64,000 nucleotides of DNA from Syntrophorhabdaceae bacterium (GTDB lineage: Bacteria > Desulfobacterota > Syntrophorhabdia > Syntrophorhabdales > Syntrophorhabdaceae). Made by a program: the position numbers and the translations under genes. Below are positions 57,370 through 64,000 of this stretch, piece by piece (position 1 is the stretch's first letter; every line of letters starts with the position of its first letter). The notes beneath the pieces were generated by a model, which was not told where the DNA came from, did no database searches, and saw only the letters and a program-made list of their open reading frames with translations. The stretch is from positions 160,001 to 224,000 of the forward strand of contig CAXXUO010000009.1 in NCBI GenBank assembly GCA_963666485.2, written 5' to 3'.

Positions 57370-57510
57370 GGCGTGAGCGCGTAAGGCGTGAGCGCGTAAG
57401 GCGTGAGCGCGTAAGGCGTAAGGCGTTAAAGCGAGACATCGGCCCCCCCATAAAACTAAAGATGATTTTCAGATAATTGCGCCTCACGCCCTACGCCTTA
57501 CGCCTTACGG
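57364..57510. repeat. Inverted heptamer-array cassette, family E (GCGTAAG/GCGTGAG ... CTTACGC)
   Basis: Left arm 57364-57429 built of 7+8 = 15-bp units; right arm 57483-57510; first unit contains the TAA stop. Confidence 0.95.
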
Positions 57511-57604
57511 TTCAAACATCCGCGCGGTGCCGCTCTTGACAACCCCCTGTTGCTTCCTAGATTTCCTTAGTATGCATAGTCAATTAAAAAGGAGGTGACG
57601 CACG

Positions 57605-57979
57605 ATGACTGAGAGATCACGTATATTTTCTTTATTTCTGGCAGTTATCCTGTTCCTGACATGGTGTCCCATCGTACTGGCCGTGGACAGGGAAGATCGG
57701 AAGGAATTTGAAAAACACGCGAAAAAGGAATTGCAGTCCATGGATAAGAAGATCAAGGCTCTCAAGTCGAAAATTTCCCGGCTGGAAAAAGATGCCAGGA
57801 AAGATTACGACGCGATGTTAGCCGATCTCGAACAGAAGCGGGAACATGCCGGAAAGAAATGGCAGGAGGTGAAAAAGGCCGGATCGGAAAAATGGGACCA
57901 GGCCAAAGCTGACCTCAATTCCGCCATGAAAGAGCTCAAAGAGTCATATGACAGGGCCGCTTCGCGAATGGAAAAATGA
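57605..57979 (+). CDS. Secreted coiled-coil hypothetical protein
   Basis: Signal peptide, charged helical body; AAGGAGGTG SD. Confidence 0.8.
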   Translation: MTERSRIFSLFLAVILFLTWCPIVLAVDREDRKEFEKHAKKELQSMDKKIKALKSKISRLEKDARKDYDAMLADLEQKREHAGKKWQEVKKAGSEKWDQAKADLNSAMKELKESYDRAASRMEK

Positions 57980-58042
57980 GGATGGCAGGCAATAATAGTT
58001 CGGGAGGCATTTCGACGAGAGGACCACTATATGAAAAACACC

Positions 58043-58076
58043 GGCCGAAGCCATCATAAAGCTTCGGCCTTTTTTT
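58043..58076 (+). terminator. Intrinsic terminator
   Basis: GGCCGAAGC-9 nt loop-GCTTCGGCC-T7. Confidence 0.85.
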
Positions 58077-58193
58077 GTCATGGTCCTTCCACTACCCTTC
58101 CTGCAACAATCTATCCCCGATATTTAAGTAAAGCCCGGAACAGGCGAAAACCCTTGAAAGCAAGGTTCACCACAATGAATCCTCCGGGAGGGA

Positions 58194-59810
58194 ATGATGA
58201 AGCTGCAGAATATCAGGATAGGAAAACGGCTTGCGGGAGGTTTTGCGATCTTTATCGTGATCATCGTTTTCCTGTGCATCATCAGTTACAAGAACATGTC
58301 CGATACGGATGCGAGGGCCAATGAGATCACAAATATCAATTTTCAAAAGGCAATGATGGCCAATGCGATCCTGACGAACCTTCAATTCATCAACAAGGAA
58401 ACGGGCAAAGCGGTCTATAATAAAGATGCATCGCCGTTGAAGGCGGTAGCGGAAAAAAGGAAGCTCTATATTGCCGCCCTTGAAAAACTCGAAAAGCTGG
58501 AAACCGAACCGGAGGGAAAGGCGATACTCCAGAGGTTCAAGAAGACAGTGGGGGAGGCCCGCGCCAGCAATGTAAAGCTCGGCGAAACGATACAGGCGGG
58601 CGATTTCAAGGCCGCGGCCCCGCTCTACAGTTCCGAGGTCGACCCCGCGGTCTCGAAATTTGTCGCGATCATCTCTGAGCTTATCCAACACTACGAAAAG
58701 GGCATCGACACGAAATACACCGAGATCGTCAATTCCAACCACAGGGTGAAGGTCATACTCGTCACCTTCGGCCTTATTTCGATCATCTTCTGTATCCTTA
58801 TCAGCGTTGTGATCACCCGGAGCATCACCGTTCCCATCCAGAAGAATATAGACGTGGCGCAGACCCTCGCCGACGGGAACCTCTCGGTCGATCTCGAAAT
58901 GGACCGCCGGGATGAGCTGGGCGACGAGATGCGGGCATTTCACACCATGGTCGACAAATGGAAGAAGCTGATATCCGAGGTAAAAATGTCCGCCTCCAGT
59001 GTCGCGTCGGCAAGCCATGAACTCAGCGTCAGTGCTGACCAGCTGGCAAAGGGCGGGACGGAGCAGGTCGAAAGGACGATCCAGGTCTCCACGGCGTCGG
59101 AGGAGATGTCGCAGGCATCCCTTGACATAGCGCGCAACGCGAACAATATATCCGATTCGGCAAAGGACATGGTCACTATTGCGGAACATGGCAACGGCAT
59201 TGTGAACAAGTCTGTCGACGAGGTCCGGGAGATCGCGAAGACGGTCCACAGATCGTCCGAGTTCGTGAAAGACCTTGGCAACCAGTCGCAGAAGATAGGC
59301 GAGATCGTGAATGTCATAAACGAGATCGCGGACCAGACAAACCTCCTGGCACTCAATGCCGCCATCGAGGCGGCACGGGCCGGGGAGGCGGGCAGGGGAT
59401 TCGCCGTTGTAGCCGACGAGGTCAAGAAACTTGCGGAGAGAACAAGTAAATCGACCCAGGAGATCGGCAACATGATCGGCTCGATACGAACAGGCGTCGA
59501 CCGTGCCGTCGAATCGATGGGCGAGGCATCACAGAGCGTACAGGTTGGGGTCGAGCTTTCAGGCCAGGCGGGCAGTGCCCTCGTCGAGATACTGCAGAGC
59601 GCGTCCAGTCTCCAGTCGATGGTCCAGCAGATAGCCGCCGCTATCGAGGAGATGAACGCAACGACAAACGAAATCGCCCAGGACATAGAGCAGGTTGCGT
59701 CTGTCACGAAGGAGGCGTCAAATTCTGCCGACCAGGTCACCCAGGCAGCACTGGAGCTGAGCACGCTTTCGGTGAGCCTCGAGAGGTCGGTGGAGGAGTT
59801 CAAGATCTGA
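58194..59810 (+). CDS. Methyl-accepting chemotaxis protein (4HB sensor, HAMP)
   Basis: Two TM helices, [43 protein letters not shown]. Confidence 0.96.
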   Translation: MMKLQNIRIGKRLAGGFAIFIVIIVFLCIISYKNMSDTDARANEITNINFQKAMMANAILTNLQFINKETGKAVYNKDASPLKAVAEKRKLYIAALEKLEKLETEPEGKAILQRFKKTVGEARASNVKLGETIQAGDFKAAAPLYSSEVDPAVSKFVAIISELIQHYEKGIDTKYTEIVNSNHRVKVILVTFGLISIIFCILISVVITRSITVPIQKNIDVAQTLADGNLSVDLEMDRRDELGDEMRAFHTMVDKWKKLISEVKMSASSVASASHELSVSADQLAKGGTEQVERTIQVSTASEEMSQASLDIARNANNISDSAKDMVTIAEHGNGIVNKSVDEVREIAKTVHRSSEFVKDLGNQSQKIGEIVNVINEIADQTNLLALNAAIEAARAGEAGRGFAVVADEVKKLAERTSKSTQEIGNMIGSIRTGVDRAVESMGEASQSVQVGVELSGQAGSALVEILQSASSLQSMVQQIAAAIEEMNATTNEIAQDIEQVASVTKEASNSADQVTQAALELSTLSVSLERSVEEFKI

Positions 59811-59813
59811 AGA

Positions 59814-59957
59814 CCGTAAGGCGTGAGAGCGTAAGGCGTAAGGCGTTATAAAAATAGACAATCATGGAGCGATGGGGGCAGGGATCTTTTCCCTACCCCC
59901 TATTTTCATTATATTCTTTGAGGTTTTTTTGCGTGGAACGTGGAACGTGAAACCGGT
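59814..59957. repeat. Hybrid heptamer cassette: family E left arm, family D right arm
   Basis: CCGTAAG GCGTGAGA GCGTAAG GCGTAAG GCGTTAT ... GTGGAAC GTGGAAC GTGAAAC CGGT; GC hairpin 59874-59900 inside. Confidence 0.9.
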
Positions 59958-59964
59958 GTAGTGT

Positions 59965-60198
59965 TTAAAGGCCTCCACACTCCCGCTGGTACGCCGTCGT
60001 CGTCCAGCATGAGCGGAAGAAGGGGCATTCCCGGCACAGGTGAAGCTTTTTCTTTGACCTCAGGTACTGCTTCCCGGAATCCGAGCTCACCTTGTCGTGG
60101 GCCATCTCATCGATACAGGGAGGCGTTCGCGACTTGCAGCCGTGCTTGTTTTCGCAGCCTATACAGTAACCATGCTCCGGTTTTGCGGGGTTCGTCAT
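59965..60198 (-). CDS. Small Cys-rich protein
   Basis: CIGC-x5-C-x6-C and CREC-x5-C; ATGA overlap with the upstream gene. Confidence 0.6.
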   Translation of the reverse strand: MTNPAKPEHGYCIGCENKHGCKSRTPPCIDEMAHDKVSSDSGKQYLRSKKKLHLCRECPFFRSCWTTTAYQRECGGL

Positions 60199-60869
60199 GG
60201 AAAGCGGTATCCTGAAAGAGGCATTATGTGGCCTTTCGCGTCGCCTTCATTGACCCACGGGTGCTTCGCTCCCCAGATAGGGAAAAGGCGTTCGTGAAGC
60301 CATGTGAAGGGCAGGTCTGCCTCGGGTTCGTATTTCTCCAGATATTCGATATAGGGATTTCCTGAAAGATCGGTTGCTGACAGAAGGGCGTCATTCTCGC
60401 CGTCAAAATCACAGGCAGGGACCCGGATCCTTGCGCAGAGCGCCTTATCGAATGCCGGGGTTGCGCTTATCCATTTTCCGCGCAGGAATAGCTGCGCGTA
60501 ACCATGGCTCGGCAGGTAGTCGATCCCAATTTGTTCTTTCAATTCGAAGGGCGCGCGATGATTGCGGATCCTGGCGAACGCGAGGCGAGAAGGAATCCCG
60601 CAGCACCGAAGCAGTGCCGCGAAAAGAACGGCCTTTTGCACACAGTAACCTTTTTTCCGCGAAAGAACGACGCTCGCCCTGAAATCATCGATAAATGTCG
60701 AGATCATATAAACGTTATAATGGATCTCGTCACGGACAAAATAGAACAGGGCACGTGCCTTTTCGGCATCGGTCAGGCAATTTTGTGTAAGCATGGCCGC
60801 GGTACGCTGAATGTCCGGGTCTCCGGAATTTATTGTCTCTGTGGGCTTCAGGTAAATAGCGGTTTCCAT
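60195..60869 (-). CDS. Transglutaminase-like domain protein
   Basis: LFYFVRDEIHY, GYCVQKA (Cys), GIPSRL, HGYAQL, W--ATPAFD. Confidence 0.88.
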   Translation of the reverse strand: METAIYLKPTETINSGDPDIQRTAAMLTQNCLTDAEKARALFYFVRDEIHYNVYMISTFIDDFRASVVLSRKKGYCVQKAVLFAALLRCCGIPSRLAFARIRNHRAPFELKEQIGIDYLPSHGYAQLFLRGKWISATPAFDKALCARIRVPACDFDGENDALLSATDLSGNPYIEYLEKYEPEADLPFTWLHERLFPIWGAKHPWVNEGDAKGHIMPLSGYRFP

Positions 60870-60918
60870 CTTCTGGCTTATTATAATACCGGGACTGAAA
60901 ATATAACAGGCGGCCCCA

Positions 60919-61563
60919 TCAGTCCTCGCTTCCGCCGGTTAGGACCGTGTCGGCAAGCTCGTTTATGTCCTCGTCCCCGACAGGGAAATGCTCCGCGAGC
61001 AAATCCCCTGTTTCGCCGATGACCTTCACCAGCGCATCAGCGGCCTGGCCCGCGCGGATACCTGCTGAAATGCTCCTGGCAAACCCGTTTAATTTCGCCT
61101 GTGTCATCTTGTCATGTATGCCCCGGTCGGCGAGGACCCATACTTTTCTTTCAAGCAGGGAGATGAAGAACAATACGCCCGTCGATCCCTTCGTACGGTA
61201 GAGCCCTTTTTCGTAAAAGGCCCGCATGGCCCTGTCACGCACCGCCTGCTGCCTGCGCCGGTGCCCGGTCAAATGGAACGTTGCGGCAGGGACCTTCTTC
61301 ATGACAGGCCATGAGGCGGCAAAGAAGGCCAGCGTCAGCGGGATGTACCACCACAATGATTCGTGAAGGAAAAAGATCGTTATGAGGAAGGCAATGACGT
61401 TCCCCAGGGTTATCGCGCCGAGGACCTCGGCCTCACGGTAACGCGTGCTTGCATCGACCACCATGACGGCTATCTCACCGATCGTCTTCGATTCGGCCGC
61501 ATGTGTCGCCTCCCTGATCCGTTCCTTTTCAGCATGGGTGAAAAAATGCAGGGCCTTGCTCAT
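60919..61563 (-). CDS. TPM-domain membrane protein (short type)
   Basis: AAESKTIGEIAV, TGVLFFISLLERKV-VLADRGI, DINELAD. Confidence 0.85.
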   Translation of the reverse strand: MSKALHFFTHAEKERIREATHAAESKTIGEIAVMVVDASTRYREAEVLGAITLGNVIAFLITIFFLHESLWWYIPLTLAFFAASWPVMKKVPAATFHLTGHRRRQQAVRDRAMRAFYEKGLYRTKGSTGVLFFISLLERKVWVLADRGIHDKMTQAKLNGFARSISAGIRAGQAADALVKVIGETGDLLAEHFPVGDEDINELADTVLTGGSED

Positions 61564-62486
61564 TACCAATCCCCCGATGCGCCGCCGCCGCCGAAGTCTC
61601 CGCCGCCGCCGCCGAACGAATCACCGCCGCCAAAATCACCGCCGCCGCCATACCCTCCTCCCCAGAACCCACCGGGGCCAACACCTCCGCCGCCGCCCCT
61701 GCCGCCAAAGAGAAACGGCAGGAAAATACCGAGGACCAGGCCGAGAACGCCGAGAAGGACCACCGTTATAAGGGAAAGGCCGAGTATGTACGCGATGGCG
61801 CCAAACCCGACAAGGCCCGCCCCGCCTCCGAGGACCTTGGAGATACGGCCGAGCATCAACAGGAATACGGCACCGAATATAAGAAAAGGAAGGGCCGATG
61901 AAAGGCCCTTCCCCTTAAGTGTTCCCGGTTTGGGTTTGTCCGGTTTGAACTCGCCGCGAGTCGCATCGATCATCGCGCGAATTCCCGCTGAGAACCCGGC
62001 ATCGAAATCACCTCGCTTGAACTGGGGGTTTATCACGAGCTGGACGATGCGGCCCGACACGAGATCGGTAAGCTTGCCCTCGAGGCCCCTGCCAACCTCG
62101 ATACGTGTCTTGCGGTCCTTCTTTGAAACAATGAGGATCGCACCGTTGTCCTTTCCCTTCTGCCCTATCCTCCAGGCTTCGGCTACCCGAATCGAGAAGT
62201 CCTCGAGCGAGTCCCCCTCGAGCGAATTGATCGTGAGGATCACGATCTGCGTTGAATCCGTCTTTTCGAAATTCCTCAATTCGGCTTCAAGACGCGTCCT
62301 GGCCTCAGGGGATATCATGTTCGCGTAATCATTCACGCGCCCCTTGAGGGGCGGTACGTCAAGGGCATAGCCCGGGAATGCCGCCAGCAGGGACGCGGCC
62401 AGTACCATAAAGACCGCAGCGCAGTATGCAAGACACCGTACCCTGCCCGGATATGACCCGCTTTTTATGTTATGCAGAAGACCCAT
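61563..62486 (-). CDS. TPM-domain (YgcG/DUF477) protein with Gly-rich tail
   Basis: RVNDYA, IGQKGKDNG, RIEVGRGLEG, FGGGGASGDW. Confidence 0.9.
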   Translation of the reverse strand: MGLLHNIKSGSYPGRVRCLAYCAAVFMVLAASLLAAFPGYALDVPPLKGRVNDYANMISPEARTRLEAELRNFEKTDSTQIVILTINSLEGDSLEDFSIRVAEAWRIGQKGKDNGAILIVSKKDRKTRIEVGRGLEGKLTDLVSGRIVQLVINPQFKRGDFDAGFSAGIRAMIDATRGEFKPDKPKPGTLKGKGLSSALPFLIFGAVFLLMLGRISKVLGGGAGLVGFGAIAYILGLSLITVVLLGVLGLVLGIFLPFLFGGRGGGGGVGPGGFWGGGYGGGGDFGGGDSFGGGGGDFGGGGASGDW

Positions 62487-62506
62487 GGGTAAATTCAGGT
62501 CCTTAC

Positions 62507-63091
62507 CTAAAATTTCACCTTCGGCGCTTTTTCGGCACCGGCTTCGGCCTTGAACGGCTCTCTCTGCGGGAGCTTCGTCAGGAACATGTTCGTCAGGTTG
62601 TTGGGAAATACGCGTATCGTGGTATTGAAGTCCTGGACGGCCTTGTTATAGCGTACCCGCGCGACATTTATCCGGTTCTCCGTTCCTTCCAGCTGGTTCT
62701 GGAGGTCCCTGAAATTCTGGTTCGCCTTGAGGTCCGGGTAACGCTCGGCAACGAGCAGGAGCCGGGACAACGCCCCGGACATGTTCGCCTGGGCCTGCTG
62801 GAACTGCGCCATGGCCTGCGGGTTGTTCAGGGTATCTTTCGACACCTGGACCGAGCCCACCTTCGCGCGGGCCTCTGTAACCGCCACGAACGTCTCGTTC
62901 TCGTGCTTCGCATAGGCCTTCACGGTCTCGACCAGGTTCGGCACGAGGTCGTTGCGCCTCTGGTATGAGGCCTCGACATCACCCCATGCCGCTTTGACGG
63001 CTTCATCTTTCTGCTGGATCGTGTTGTACCCGCATCCGGAAAGCATAAGTACCGCCAGGGCAATGACCCCATACAAAAACGATCGTTTCAT
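62507..63091 (-). CDS. lemA: LemA family lipoprotein
   Basis: LSGCGYN, YQRRNDLVPNLV, ERYPDLKANQNF, LEGTENRI; start trimmed to ATG 63091. Confidence 0.93.
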   Translation of the reverse strand: MKRSFLYGVIALAVLMLSGCGYNTIQQKDEAVKAAWGDVEASYQRRNDLVPNLVETVKAYAKHENETFVAVTEARAKVGSVQVSKDTLNNPQAMAQFQQAQANMSGALSRLLLVAERYPDLKANQNFRDLQNQLEGTENRINVARVRYNKAVQDFNTTIRVFPNNLTNMFLTKLPQREPFKAEAGAEKAPKVKF

Positions 63092-63258
63092 TATCTCCTC
63101 CCTCTCCATTTCATTTCGCAGTTATCGAGCGAAAGCGCGCTCCTGAAAAAGATCACGGATGTAATAGTATCATTTTGTCCAAAAAAAATATAGATTTTCC
63201 ACCCTTGACGCCGCCGAAAGATGCGTGATAAAAACTTCAAAAAAACGGAGGGTACAAG

Positions 63259-63660
63259 GTGGATGACGAGATAAAGAAAAGAACGCAGGAAACCGCGAAA
63301 AAACTCTGGACAGGCGGCATAAAGCTCGACCCCCCGTACCTGACATGGAAAGAGTTCGACAAGGACCTTGCCAACGACCTTTCCATGTTCATAACCGGAA
63401 ACCTCTATTCCCGTACGGTATTGACCCTTCCGGAACGCCAGATGGCCGCCTGTGCGATGCTCGCCGCCCTCGGCGCCTCCGATGAGCTCCGGCTTCACGT
63501 CAACGCCGCACTTAATGTTGGCTGTGACCCGAAGAAGCTCGCCGAGGTATTTTTCCAGCTTGCACCGTATGGCGGCATGCCCCTCGTGAACAAGGCGCTC
63601 GAAGTGTTTAAGGAAGTGTTGAAGGGGCGGGGGGAGTGGGAAAAGTATAAAAACGGCTAA
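63259..63660 (+). CDS. Carboxymuconolactone decarboxylase family protein
   Basis: GNLYSRTVL--ERQM, ELRLHVNAALNVG, QLAPYGGMP; GGAGG SD. Confidence 0.85.
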   Translation: MDDEIKKRTQETAKKLWTGGIKLDPPYLTWKEFDKDLANDLSMFITGNLYSRTVLTLPERQMAACAMLAALGASDELRLHVNAALNVGCDPKKLAEVFFQLAPYGGMPLVNKALEVFKEVLKGRGEWEKYKNG

Positions 63661-63845
63661 CGGCTAACGGCTAACGGCTAACGGCTAACGGCTAACGGCT
63701 AACGGCTAACGGCTAACGGCTAACGGCTAACGGCTAACGGCTAACGAAGAATACCGAAGACAAAAGAAAAGGCAAGCGCAAAGCTTGCCTTTTCATATTT
63801 TCAGTTTTTTCCGTTAGCCGTTAGCCGTACGCCGTTCGCCGTTCT
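63653..63845. repeat. Inverted heptamer-array cassette, family B, with 13 perfect ACGGCTA copies
   Basis: (ACGGCTA)13 63653-63743; right arm CCGTTAG CCGTTAG CCGTACG CCGTTCG CCGTTCT 63811-63845. Confidence 0.96.
63766..63794. terminator. Bidirectional intrinsic terminator nested in the cassette spacer
   Basis: GAAAAGGCAAGC-5 nt loop-GCTTGCCTTTTC. Confidence 0.8.
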
Positions 63846-63846
63846 T

Positions 63847-64000
63847 TTATACTATTCCGTATGCCAGCATCGCATCCGCCACTTTCAGGAAGCCGGCAAT
63901 GTTTGCCCCCGCAACATAATCACCCTTCTTGCCATAAGCTTCACTCGCGTCGATGCATGATTTGTGGATGCTCCTCATGATGCCGAGAAGGCGCACGTCG
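63847..64000 (-). CDS. gdhA: Glutamate dehydrogenase, C-terminal fragment
   Basis: Not in the ORF track; manual translation DVRLLGIMRSIHKSC...DYVAGANIAGFLKVADAMLAYGIV*. Confidence 0.92.
   Translation of the reverse strand, partial: DVRLLGIMRSIHKSCIDASEAYGKKGDYVAGANIAGFLKVADAMLAYGIV

Noticed and set aside
58141..58170. Possible c-di-GMP-I riboswitch before the MCP (GGCGAAAACCCTTGAAAGCAAGG)
   Set aside because: Lacks the second stem and GCAAA/GNRA-receptor elements; the GGCGAAAA better fits a sigma28 -10 box.
61570..61710. CCG/GCC-rich low-complexity run
   Set aside because: Encodes the normal Gly-rich tail of TPM/YgcG proteins.
1..64000. tRNA, rRNA, prophage, transposase or recognised defence operon
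   Set aside because: None detected by inspection; the enzyme behind the repeat system, if any, is not in this window.

Overview
A 64 kb chromosomal window from a Gram-negative anaerobe. The gene content (lptD, lpxH, nrfHA, ahbA-like, rubrerythrin-like, DUF362) suggests a Desulfobacterota/deltaproteobacterial lineage; this is inference. It is mostly housekeeping and envelope genes: cysK (partial), ilvE, a dTDP-rhamnose rml cluster, lptD, folC, accD, ileS-lspA, rlmE, aas-like, polA, fabH-like, nrfHA, a SpoIID/MurU/AmgK/GT2/DUF4922 operon, an MCP, lemA-TPM and gdhA (partial). A yybP-ykoY (Mn2+) riboswitch precedes a P-type ATPase. I found no tRNA, rRNA, CRISPR array, integrase or transposase. 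The main unexplained signal is non-coding: 17 intergenic loci carry tandem arrays with a 7-bp period. They fall into seven related unit families and are usually arranged as inverted arms around a short unique spacer, always in the same polarity. They occupy 9 of the 10 convergent gene junctions and often supply the last codons and stop codon of the neighbouring gene. They also occur as hybrids, solo arms and a triplicated unit, which points to a dispersed repeat or mobile-cassette system with no encoding gene in this window.
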